A stretch of 64,000 nt of DNA, taken from positions 2,656,001 to 2,720,000 of the forward strand of contig OY781945.1 of NCBI GenBank assembly GCA_963677435.1, written 5' to 3'. The translations under genes were made by a program, and so were the position numbers. Positions 11,180 through 20,357 of the stretch are shown in pieces. Each line of letters begins with the position of its first letter. Within the stretch, counting starts at the first letter, position 1. The DNA is from an uncultured Aliarcobacter sp. (GTDB lineage: Bacteria; Campylobacterota; Campylobacteria; Campylobacterales; Arcobacteraceae). The notes under the pieces are model-generated. The model did no database searches. It was not told the DNA's origin and saw only the letters and a list, made by a program, of their open reading frames with translations.

Positions 11180-12373
11180 ATGTTAGTATTTGTATTAAAT
11201 GCTGGTTCGTCTTCTTTAAAATATCAATTAATTAACGCAGAAACTTCTGAATTAAAAGCAAGTGGATTAGTTGAAAGAATCGGAATAGATGGAATTTTAA
11301 AACACGAAGTTGGAGAGAATAAAAAATTAACTTTTGAACTTCAAATTCCTACTCATAAAGAAGCTATAGAATTAGTTCTTAGAATTTTAACAAATGATGA
11401 AACAAAAGTTATTAATTCAATTAGTGAAATAGAAGCTATTGGACATAGGGTTGTGCATGGTGGAGAATATTTCAAAAAATCTACTTTAATAAATAAAGAT
11501 GTAATGGATAAAATAAGAAAACTTATTCCTTTAGCACCTTTACACAATCCAGCTCATGTTTTAGGAATTGAAATTTGTAATGAATTAATGCCAAATGTTC
11601 CAAATGTTGCAACTTTTGATACAGCATTTCACCAAACAATGCCAGAAGAGAATTTCCTTTATGCAGTTCCTTATGGAGACTATACAGAACATCATTTAAG
11701 AAAATATGGATTTCATGGAACTTCTCACTATTATGTTTCAAATGAAGCAATAAAAATTTTAAATAAAAAAACTAGTAAAATTATTGTTTGTCATTTAGGT
11801 AATGGTTCATCTATTTGTGCAGTAAAAGATGGAAAATCAATTAGTACGACAATGGGATTAACTCCTTTAGAGGGTTTAATTATGGGTACAAGATCTGGAG
11901 ATATTGATGCAGGTGTTATTCCATATTTAATGGAAAGAAAAGGCTTAGATAGCAATCAAATGATTAATTATCTAAACAAAAAATCTGGGATTTTAGGAAT
12001 TTCTGGAATTAGTTCTGATTTAAGAGAAGTTATAAAAGCTTCAAATGATGGTGATAAAAGATCAAAAGTTGCTATTGAGATGTTATGTGGAAGAATAAAA
12101 AAATATCTTTGTTCTTATGCAGGATTAATGCACGGAGTTGATGCAATATGTTTTACTGCTGGTATTGGAGAAAATTCAGATTTAATTAGAGAAAAAGTTT
12201 GTGAAGGTTTAGATTTTATGGGAATTGAAATTGATATTGAAAAAAATAAAATCAGATCTCATGGAACAAGAGAAATACACAAAGAATCATCAAAAACTAA
12301 AATCTTTGTAATACCTACAAATGAAGAATTAGTAATTGCAAAAGATACTTATAATATTGTAAAATCTAAATAA
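11180..12373 (+). CDS. ackA: Acetate/propionate kinase (copy 1)
   Basis: LNAGSSSLK, GHRVVHGG, APLHN, YGFHGTSH, PTNEE; start moved to ATG 11180 (AAGGA RBS, matches paralog N-terminus). Confidence 0.92.
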   Translation: MLVFVLNAGSSSLKYQLINAETSELKASGLVERIGIDGILKHEVGENKKLTFELQIPTHKEAIELVLRILTNDETKVINSISEIEAIGHRVVHGGEYFKKSTLINKDVMDKIRKLIPLAPLHNPAHVLGIEICNELMPNVPNVATFDTAFHQTMPEENFLYAVPYGDYTEHHLRKYGFHGTSHYYVSNEAIKILNKKTSKIIVCHLGNGSSICAVKDGKSISTTMGLTPLEGLIMGTRSGDIDAGVIPYLMERKGLDSNQMINYLNKKSGILGISGISSDLREVIKASNDGDKRSKVAIEMLCGRIKKYLCSYAGLMHGVDAICFTAGIGENSDLIREKVCEGLDFMGIEIDIEKNKIRSHGTREIHKESSKTKIFVIPTNEELVIAKDTYNIVKSK

Positions 12374-12404
12374 ATTGTTACAAAACAGCTAATATCAAAA
12401 AATT

Positions 12405-12436
12405 GTAGAAGATGTACTAAAATTGTACATCTCTAC
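12405..12436 (+). terminator. Probable terminator after ackA1
   Basis: GTAGAAGATGTAC / GTACATCTCTAC stem with one bulge, then pyrimidine-rich tail. Confidence 0.55.
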
Positions 12437-12650
12437 TTTCTTCATCTTTAAATAAACCCAATTCTCACAATATATTATTACTATTCTGCACAAAATCGTA
12501 TTTCTTTTATATTAATGTACTTTTTATGTACTTTTTTTGAAATAAGGAATAAAATTCTACTCAGTGAGATTGTGAAACATTGCTATTGTAATGCTATGTT
12601 ACTTAATTATAATCTTTCAACAAAGTTAATATTAGAAAGGATAACTTGAC

Positions 12651-13646
12651 ATGGGTTTAATCGAAAACATTAAAGATAAAGCAAAATTAAAATTAAGAAC
12701 AATTGTTCTACCTGAGCCTGAAGATGAGAGAGTTTTAAAAGCTACTCAATTGGTTTTAGATGAAAAAACAGCAAATATTGTATTAATTGGTAATGAGGCT
12801 ACTATCAAAGCTGATGCGGCTAAATGTGGTGCTAAAATTGATGGAGCAACAATAATTGATCCAAAAGAATTTGATGGCATTGATAGATACATTGATGAGT
12901 TAGTTGAATTAAGAAAAGCAAAAAATCTTTCAAGAGAAGAAGCTACTGAAATCATGACAACTGAACCTAGATTTTTTGGTTGTATGATGGTAAGACTTGG
13001 AGATGCAGATGGATTAGTTGCAGGATCAAACTCTCCAACTGCTGATGTTTTAAAAGCTGCTATTCATGTTATTAAAACAGCTCCAGGAATTAACACTGTT
13101 TCTTCAACTTTTATCATGGAAACTGCTGATGGAAAATTTGGAGATAATGGTTTAATTTTATTTGCAGACTGTGCAGTTATTCCAGAACCAAATGCTGAAC
13201 AATTAGCTGATATTGCTTGTGCAACTGCTGCAACTGCTGCTAGTGTTGTGGGACTTGAACCAAGAGTTGCAATGTTATCTTTTTCTACAAAAGGGAGTGC
13301 AAAACATCCATTAGTTGATAAAGTTCAATTTGCTTGCGACATTCTTGCAGAAAGAAATGTTAATTTCTCTTTTGATGGTGAATTACAAGCAGATGCTGCA
13401 ATTGTTGAAGCAATTGGAGCTAAAAAAGCACCAGGTTCAAAGGTTGCAGGTCATGCGAATATTTTAGTATTTCCTGATTTACAATCTGGAAATATTGGAT
13501 ATAAATTAGTTCAAAGATTCGCTGGTGCTGAAGCTCATGGACCAATTGTTCAAGGATTAAATCAACCTGTTAATGATTTATCAAGAGGTTGTTCAGTAGA
13601 AGATATCGCAAATTTAGTTGCAATTACAGCAACTCAAATCAAATAA
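12651..13646 (+). CDS. pta: Phosphate acetyltransferase (short, catalytic-domain-only type)
   Basis: FADCAV, AMLSFSTKGSA, DGELQADAA, GNIGYKLVQR, PVNDLSRGC. Confidence 0.95.
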   Translation: MGLIENIKDKAKLKLRTIVLPEPEDERVLKATQLVLDEKTANIVLIGNEATIKADAAKCGAKIDGATIIDPKEFDGIDRYIDELVELRKAKNLSREEATEIMTTEPRFFGCMMVRLGDADGLVAGSNSPTADVLKAAIHVIKTAPGINTVSSTFIMETADGKFGDNGLILFADCAVIPEPNAEQLADIACATAATAASVVGLEPRVAMLSFSTKGSAKHPLVDKVQFACDILAERNVNFSFDGELQADAAIVEAIGAKKAPGSKVAGHANILVFPDLQSGNIGYKLVQRFAGAEAHGPIVQGLNQPVNDLSRGCSVEDIANLVAITATQIK

Positions 13647-13672
13647 ATTAAACTCAAAAAAAGGAAAGTATT

Positions 13673-14872
13673 ATGTTAGTATTTATTTTAAATGCAGGAA
13701 GCTCATCTCTAAAGTATCAATTAATGAATCCAGTTTCAAAAGAAGTTTTAGCTTCAGGATTATGTGAAAGAATTGGAATTGATGGAGTTTTAAAACATGA
13801 ATTTGGTGAAAACAAACTAACACTAGAAGTTTCAATGCCAACTCATAAAGAGGCAATTGAATTAGTATTAAAAACTTTAGTTGAGAGTGAAGGTAAAGTT
13901 ATCAATTCTATTGATGAAATTGATGCTATTGGACATAGAGCTGTTCATGGTGGAGAAGAATTTGCTTCATCTGTTATGGTAACACCAAGAGTTATAGAAA
14001 AAATGAAAGAATTAATTCCATTAGCTCCTTTACATAACCCAGCAAATATTATGGGAATGGAAATTTGTCAAGAATTAATGCCTGGAAAACCAAATGTTGC
14101 TGTATTTGATACTGCATTCCACCAAACTATGCCTGATTATGCTTATATGTATGCACTACCTTATGATCAATATACTAAACATGGTATTAGAAAATATGGA
14201 TTCCATGGAACAAGCCACTACTTTGTATCAAATGAAGCAAGAGGTATGTTAGATAAAAAACTTAATACTAGAATTATTGTTTGTCACCTTGGAAATGGTT
14301 CATCTGTTAGTGCTGTATTAAATGGTAAATGTATTGATACTTCTATGGGACTAACTCCTGTTCAAGGTTTAATGATGGGTACAAGAGCTGGAGATGTTGG
14401 AGCTGGTGCTGTTTCATTTATGATGAAACAAGAAGGTCTTTCAATAGATGAAATCATGGACATTATGAATAAAAAATCTGGTATTTTAGGAATTTCAGGA
14501 AAATCATCTGATTTAAGAGAAGTTTTACAAGGTATGCAAGATGGTGATGACAGATGTAGATTAGCAGTTGAAATGGTTGCTTACAACATCAAAAAATATG
14601 TTGGTTCTTATGTTGCAGCACTTGATGGTGTTGATGCTTTATGTTTCACAGGTGGGATTGGTGAGAATTCATCATTAATCAGAGAAATTGTTTGTGCAGG
14701 ACTTGATGGTATGGGATTAATCCTTGATCCTACTAAAAATAATAAAAGAAGATCAGTAGCTAGAGATATTGCAACAAATAGCTCATCTGCTAGAATCTTT
14801 GTTATTCCTACAAATGAAGAGTATGTAATTGCAAATGATACTTACAAAGTTGTATCAGGAATTGAAAAATAA
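13673..14872 (+). CDS. ackA: Acetate kinase (copy 2)
   Basis: LNAGSSSLK, GHRAVHGG, YGFHGTSH, GGIGENS, PTNEE. Confidence 0.93.
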   Translation: MLVFILNAGSSSLKYQLMNPVSKEVLASGLCERIGIDGVLKHEFGENKLTLEVSMPTHKEAIELVLKTLVESEGKVINSIDEIDAIGHRAVHGGEEFASSVMVTPRVIEKMKELIPLAPLHNPANIMGMEICQELMPGKPNVAVFDTAFHQTMPDYAYMYALPYDQYTKHGIRKYGFHGTSHYFVSNEARGMLDKKLNTRIIVCHLGNGSSVSAVLNGKCIDTSMGLTPVQGLMMGTRAGDVGAGAVSFMMKQEGLSIDEIMDIMNKKSGILGISGKSSDLREVLQGMQDGDDRCRLAVEMVAYNIKKYVGSYVAALDGVDALCFTGGIGENSSLIREIVCAGLDGMGLILDPTKNNKRRSVARDIATNSSSARIFVIPTNEEYVIANDTYKVVSGIEK

Positions 14873-14881
14873 ATTCATAAA

Positions 14882-14910
14882 AAAAGGTGAAGTAAAAAAC
14901 TTCACCTTTT
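14882..14910. terminator. Bidirectional terminator between ackA2 and sppA
   Basis: AAAAGGTGAAGT-AAAAA-ACTTCACCTTTT between convergent genes. Confidence 0.8.
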
Positions 14911-14930
14911 AAATATTTCTACTATAAAAA

Positions 14931-15815
14931 TTAATAAGCTTTTAAACCACTTACTAAATTCATACTCAAATTTGAAACTGCTTCACTTACAATTTTATTA
15001 ATAAATTTGTCAATTTTATCTTCTTTTTTCCAAACTGGATTTGTTACCTCAGCAAGAGTTATTAAACTATCTTGAGCATAAGAAAGTGTTGCAACCTCAT
15101 CAACTAAACCAACCTCTTTTGCTTGTTTTGAAGTAAATATTTTTGCATCTGCAAATATTGTTTGATTTTTCACATCAAGTTTTCTTGCACTTGCAACATC
15201 AGATACAAACATATTATAAGTATCATCAATCACACTTTGAAGTTGTTTTTCTTCATAATCAAACCATTTTCTTGTTGGCGTTCCAGATTCTTTATATTTT
15301 CCTGCTTTTACAGTTTGTGTTGAAACTCCAATTTTTTTCATAAGTTCTTCCGCATTTATACCTTGCATAATAACTCCAATTGAACCTACCATACTTCCAG
15401 GATTTGCTATGATTTTATTTGCCCAAATAGAAGCATAATAACTTCCACTTGCAATCACTCCACTTGCATATACAACAACTGGTTTTATCTCTTTTAACTC
15501 TTTAATTGCATAAGCCAATTCAACAGATGGAGCAACAGCACCACCAGGAGAATCTACAACAAATAAAACACCTTTAATATTTTTATTAACTTTTGCTTTT
15601 TGTATCTCTTCTAATGTTTTTGATACATCCATAATTGGACCTGTTAACTCAATTTTTTGCAAATTAGCATAACTATCACTATCCCCTAATTTTTCATTAG
15701 ATGGTGCAAAAATAAAATAAATGATAGTTAAAAAAACTATTGTTTTAAAATATTTAGTTATAAAATCTAAAATTGCAATTATTGGTGAAAAGAGTACTCT
15801 AAAAAAATTAAACAA
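14931..15815 (-). CDS. sppA: Signal peptide peptidase SppA (S49)
   Basis: DSPGGAV, ASGSYY, GSIGVI, KAGKYKE. Confidence 0.92.
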   Translation of the reverse strand: MFNFFRVLFSPIIAILDFITKYFKTIVFLTIIYFIFAPSNEKLGDSDSYANLQKIELTGPIMDVSKTLEEIQKAKVNKNIKGVLFVVDSPGGAVAPSVELAYAIKELKEIKPVVVYASGVIASGSYYASIWANKIIANPGSMVGSIGVIMQGINAEELMKKIGVSTQTVKAGKYKESGTPTRKWFDYEEKQLQSVIDDTYNMFVSDVASARKLDVKNQTIFADAKIFTSKQAKEVGLVDEVATLSYAQDSLITLAEVTNPVWKKEDKIDKFINKIVSEAVSNLSMNLVSGLKAY

Positions 15816-17031
15816 ATTCCCCTCCTATTATCACTTTATCTACGAATTTTGTATGCAAAATAATTTGCATTGGTAAATCTTCCATATCTTCTACTTTATC
15901 TGGCAAAGTAAAAGCTATCATATCTGAATCAAAATCTTTTTTGATTATTCCTTTATTTAAACCTAAAGCCTTTGCACTATTTACAGTTGCTGCTTTTAAT
16001 AAAACTTTTGAAAAATCAATGATATTTTTCTCAAAATGAATAATTAAAGCATTTCTTAGTTCATCAAACATTGATAAAGAGTTATTAGAGCTAAGTCCAT
16101 CAGTTCCAATTGTAAAAGGAATATCTTTTAATTTTGATATATCTAATTTGCTATTATTTAAAATTCTATTTGAAGTTACACAATGATTTATACTTGCACC
16201 TAAACTTCTGATTTTTTCTAAATCAGCTTCGCTTGCTTCAACACAGTGGGTAAAAGAGAGATTTTTAATATTTGAAAATAGATTTAAAAATTCCATAGGT
16301 TTTGAAACTGCGGTTTCTTGTCCTAAAAAGTTTTTAAAAAAATCTAAAAAAGAACCTTCATTTCTATGAAGCCAAGAAAACTCTTCAGGTGATTCTAAAA
16401 AATGTGAACTAACAGCTAAATTTTCTGCACGGGCAAGATTTAAACTCTCCCTTACTAAAAAAGGATGAACTGAATATGGTGAATGAATAGCAATTGCTGG
16501 TATAAAGTTTTTTGATTTAAATTTTTTTGCATTTTTTAATCTATCTTTAAAATCAGCAAATAAAGTATCAACCATATCACCTTTTGAACCAATTACTTCA
16601 CAGAAAAACACTGTGTTAATTGGACTTTTTACACATGGTTCCATATCAAAAGAGTAAGATGAAATTGCTCCAATTGTTGTAGTTCCAGTTTTTTTCATTC
16701 TATCAAGTTTTGTAGAAATTAGTTTTTTGTCAGCTTTATTTATTAAATCATCTCTACTTTTTATTACAGAATTTAGCCATGACATAAAATTACCATATTT
16801 TAAAGTTGTTGTATTTGAACTAAATTCTAAATGTATGTGAGAGTTTATAAGTCCTGGCATTAAAACTGAATTTTCTTCAAGTTTTAATATCTCAATATTT
16901 TGATATTTTTTTTCTATATTAAAAAGTGTATCAATCTCAATTATTTTATCATCATAAACAACAGCACCATTTTTAATGATACGGTCGTTTTCGTCGCAAG
17001 TTATTACCCAATCAGCACTTATTATTTTCAT
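15808..17031 (-). CDS. mqnF: Amidohydrolase, probable aminofutalosine deaminase (futalosine menaquinone pathway)
   Basis: PGLINSHIHLE, HSPYSV, HFLES, GTDG; located between aroQ and sppA as is usual in Campylobacterota. Confidence 0.7.
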   Translation of the reverse strand: MKIISADWVITCDENDRIIKNGAVVYDDKIIEIDTLFNIEKKYQNIEILKLEENSVLMPGLINSHIHLEFSSNTTTLKYGNFMSWLNSVIKSRDDLINKADKKLISTKLDRMKKTGTTTIGAISSYSFDMEPCVKSPINTVFFCEVIGSKGDMVDTLFADFKDRLKNAKKFKSKNFIPAIAIHSPYSVHPFLVRESLNLARAENLAVSSHFLESPEEFSWLHRNEGSFLDFFKNFLGQETAVSKPMEFLNLFSNIKNLSFTHCVEASEADLEKIRSLGASINHCVTSNRILNNSKLDISKLKDIPFTIGTDGLSSNNSLSMFDELRNALIIHFEKNIIDFSKVLLKAATVNSAKALGLNKGIIKKDFDSDMIAFTLPDKVEDMEDLPMQIILHTKFVDKVIIGGEFV

Positions 17032-17042
17032 AAGTTTTAATT

Positions 17043-17513
17043 TTAAGCATTTTGTTGTTGAGCTTGAGCAATTGCTTTAACTTCTGAAATTATTTGCATT
17101 AAAGCAATCAATCCCATATGATAACCAAAAGGTCCAAATCCTGAAATAACTCCTGTTGAAGCACTAGCAGTTATTGATTTTTGTCTAAATTCTTCTCTTT
17201 TATAAATATTTGAAATATGTACTTCAACTACTGGCATTGAAACTGCACTTAAAGCATCTTTAATAGCTATTGATGTGTGAGAATAAGCAGCTGGATTTAT
17301 CATAATTCCATCAGCTGTTCCTAAACACTCTTGGATTCTATCAACAATTTCACCCTCAAGGTTTGATTGAAAAAATTCAAGTTCAACACCATTTTGTTCA
17401 GCTGCTGCTTTTAATTGTTCATGAATTTGGTCTAATCCCATTGAACCATAAATGTGTTGTTCTCTTATTCCTAGCATATTTAAATTTGGGCCTTGTATAA
17501 CGGCAATTTTCAT
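17043..17513 (-). CDS. aroQ: Type II 3-dehydroquinate dehydratase
   Basis: [35 protein letters not shown]. Confidence 0.96.
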   Translation of the reverse strand: MKIAVIQGPNLNMLGIREQHIYGSMGLDQIHEQLKAAAEQNGVELEFFQSNLEGEIVDRIQECLGTADGIMINPAAYSHTSIAIKDALSAVSMPVVEVHISNIYKREEFRQKSITASASTGVISGFGPFGYHMGLIALMQIISEVKAIAQAQQQNA

Positions 17514-17589
17514 ATTATATTCCTTTTATAAATTTTAGGTAAGATTATAATTAAATTTATGTTAAACAATACCAAAACAAAGGCTTTTT

Positions 17590-18615
17590 ATGAAAAACTT
17601 TATTCTTCAAAATGAGAACGCTATATATTTTGAGTGCAAATTTTCTTGTGATAATGTTATTTTTTTAAATTTAGAAAAAGATAAATATTTTATTACTGAT
17701 GCTAGATATATTATTGAAGCAAAAGAATATGCAAAAAATTGCGAAGTTATAGAATCATCAAACTTAATAGAAACAACAAAAGAAATTTTAAGAAAAAACA
17801 AAATTAAAAAAATCGTATTTGACCCAAATGATTTTAGCTATGCTACATATATAAATTTAACAGAAACTTTAAAAACTCAGTTCATAGCAAAACCAAATTT
17901 TTCAAAACAAAAAAGAGCTATTAAATCAGCTAAAGAGATAATTTTATTAAGAAAAGCTGCAATTGCTGGAAGAGAAGGATTTAAAGAATTAGCAAAATTT
18001 ATTAGAAAAAATGGTTTTAATCAAACTGAACAATTTTTATATTTTAAAGCTTTTGAAAAAATGAGTCAAATCGGAAAACTTGATATTTCTTTTGAACCAA
18101 TTGTAGCAATAAATGAAAATGCAGCAAAACCTCATGCCTTGCCAACAAACAAGAAACTAAAACTAAATGATTTAATTCTTGTGGATGCAGGAATTAAATA
18201 TAAAAGATATTGCTCAGATAGAACTTGTACAAGTGCTGTTGATTTTGAAAAATTCTCTTTTAAAAGAGAGCAAAAATTCAAAAATGAAAAACATCAAAAG
18301 GTGTATGATATTGTTTTAAAAGCGCAACTAAATGCTATCGAAAAAGCAAGAGTTGGAATGAAAGCTTCTGAAATTGACAAATTAACTAGAGATGTAATAG
18401 AAAAAGCTGGTTTTGGAAAATATTTTGTTCACAGTACTGGACATGGAGTTGGACTTGATATTCATGAATTTCCATTTATCAACTCAAAATCAGATGTTAT
18501 TATTGAAGAAAATATGGTCTTTACAATAGAACCTGGTATTTATCTTCCAAGTGAATTTGGAGTAAGAATTGAAGATACAATTGTAATGCAAAATGGAAAA
18601 GCTGTAATTTTATAA
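17590..18615 (+). CDS. M24 family Xaa-Pro aminopeptidase
   Basis: DAG...YCSDRT, HSTGHGVGLDIHE, TIEPGIY, GVRIED. Confidence 0.92.
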   Translation: MKNFILQNENAIYFECKFSCDNVIFLNLEKDKYFITDARYIIEAKEYAKNCEVIESSNLIETTKEILRKNKIKKIVFDPNDFSYATYINLTETLKTQFIAKPNFSKQKRAIKSAKEIILLRKAAIAGREGFKELAKFIRKNGFNQTEQFLYFKAFEKMSQIGKLDISFEPIVAINENAAKPHALPTNKKLKLNDLILVDAGIKYKRYCSDRTCTSAVDFEKFSFKREQKFKNEKHQKVYDIVLKAQLNAIEKARVGMKASEIDKLTRDVIEKAGFGKYFVHSTGHGVGLDIHEFPFINSKSDVIIEENMVFTIEPGIYLPSEFGVRIEDTIVMQNGKAVIL

Positions 18616-18686
18616 AATAAAAATACCCAAAAATAATTTTGATAAAATCTATCAAGATTATTTTTTTAACTAAAAATGAGAGAAAT

Positions 18687-19172
18687 TTGAAAAAAAAATT
18701 ATCACAAAATTTAACACTTTTTTATACTTCTAATTTTCCAAAAAAATTCAATTCTAATTCCAGAAAGAAATATACTGTAACTATTGGAATTGGGGGAAAT
18801 ATTGGAAATACAAAAAAATTATTTGATAAATTAATCTTATCTTTAAATCAAGATTCAAGATTTACTTTACTTAATACTTCACCACTTTTAAGAAATCCTC
18901 CTTTTGGTTATTTAGAGCAAAATGATTTTTTAAATGGTATAATCGCACTTAAAACTAATCTTTGTCCTCAAAGCTTTTTAAAAGCAATGCAAAGATATGA
19001 AAATAAATTCGGAAGAAAGCGATCCTTTCAAGATGCGCCTAGAACCTTGGATATAGATATAATATTTTTTGATAATAAAAAAATAAATACTCAAAATTTA
19101 ATTATTCCTCACAAAAATTGGGCAAATAGAGAGTCAGTGATTATTCCTTTAAAATATATGAATAAATTATAA
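18687..19172 (+). CDS. folK: 2-amino-4-hydroxy-6-hydroxymethyldihydropteridine diphosphokinase
   Basis: IGIGGNIG, QNDFLN, PRTLDIDII, IPH; start uncertain (TTG 18687 or 18639). Confidence 0.9.
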   Translation: MKKKLSQNLTLFYTSNFPKKFNSNSRKKYTVTIGIGGNIGNTKKLFDKLILSLNQDSRFTLLNTSPLLRNPPFGYLEQNDFLNGIIALKTNLCPQSFLKAMQRYENKFGRKRSFQDAPRTLDIDIIFFDNKKINTQNLIIPHKNWANRESVIIPLKYMNKL

Positions 19173-19249
19173 AAAAATAAAGAGCATAGAGCTAAAATTT
19201 AGCTGCGGGGATATTCCCTCTTGTTCAATTATTTTTAGAAAGGAAAATA

Positions 19250-20347
19250 ATGAAGAAAAAAGTAGTTGTAGGTATGTCTGGGGGTGTTGATTCTTCAGTA
19301 ACTGCTTTACTGTTAAAACAACAAGGCTACGAAGTAGTAGGATTATTCATGCGTAATTGGGAGTATGGAATCAAAGGTAGCCAATGTCCTAATCGTATTG
19401 AATTTGAAGATGCAAAAAAAGTTGGTGAATTAATAGGGATTGAAGTTAAAGGAAAAGACTTCGTTAAAGAATACAGAGATAGAGTTTTTGATGTATTTTT
19501 AGAAGGTTTAAAACAAGGTCTAACACCAAATCCTGATATTTTATGCAACAGAGAAATAAAATTCAACGTATTTTTAAATGAAGCAAAAAGTATGGGTGCA
19601 GATATGATAGCAACTGGACATTATGCAAAAATCGCAAAATACAAAGACCATTTTGTATTAGACACTCCAAAAGATAGTTCAAAAGACCAAAGTTATTTCT
19701 TACACGCATTATCAAGTGAACAATTATCACACGCTATGTTTCCACTTGGAGATTTAACAAAAAAAGAAGTTAGAGAAATAGCAAGAGCGTACAATCTTCC
19801 TGTTAGCGATAAAAAAGATAGTACTGGAATTTGTTTTATTGGTAATCAAAAATTTGATGAATTTATCACTCAACATTTACAAGCAATACCTGGTGATATT
19901 ATTGATGAAAATGGAAAAATTATAGGAAAACATAAAGGTTTAGTTTGTTACACATTAGGTCAAAGAAAAGGTATTGGTCTTGGTGGTATTAAAGGCAATG
20001 AAAGTGAAAATAATACGCATAAACCTTGGTTTGTAGCTCTTAAAGATGTAGCAAATAATACATTAACAATTGTTCAAGATACAAATCATCCACTACTTAT
20101 GAGCAAAACTGTTGAAGCTAGTCATATGCATTGGGTACTAGAAGAGGCACCAAAAGTTGGCGATAAGTTAATGGCACAAGTTAGATACAGACAACAAAAA
20201 CAAGCTTGTACAGTTATTGAAGCAAGTGATGAAAAAGTAGTTGTTGAATTTAATAATGCTCAAAGAGCTGTAACATTAGGACAAAGTCTTGTTTTATATT
20301 CTGGCGATTATTGTCTTGGTGGTGGATTCATTAGTTTCTATAAGTAA
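19250..20347 (+). CDS. mnmA: tRNA 2-thiouridylase MnmA, D-type (DxxC)
   Basis: SGGVDS PP-loop, TPNPDILCN, ATGHYA, KDQSYFL, STGICFIG. Confidence 0.93.
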   Translation: MKKKVVVGMSGGVDSSVTALLLKQQGYEVVGLFMRNWEYGIKGSQCPNRIEFEDAKKVGELIGIEVKGKDFVKEYRDRVFDVFLEGLKQGLTPNPDILCNREIKFNVFLNEAKSMGADMIATGHYAKIAKYKDHFVLDTPKDSSKDQSYFLHALSSEQLSHAMFPLGDLTKKEVREIARAYNLPVSDKKDSTGICFIGNQKFDEFITQHLQAIPGDIIDENGKIIGKHKGLVCYTLGQRKGIGLGGIKGNESENNTHKPWFVALKDVANNTLTIVQDTNHPLLMSKTVEASHMHWVLEEAPKVGDKLMAQVRYRQQKQACTVIEASDEKVVVEFNNAQRAVTLGQSLVLYSGDYCLGGGFISFYK

Positions 20348-20357
20348 GTAGGCAAAA

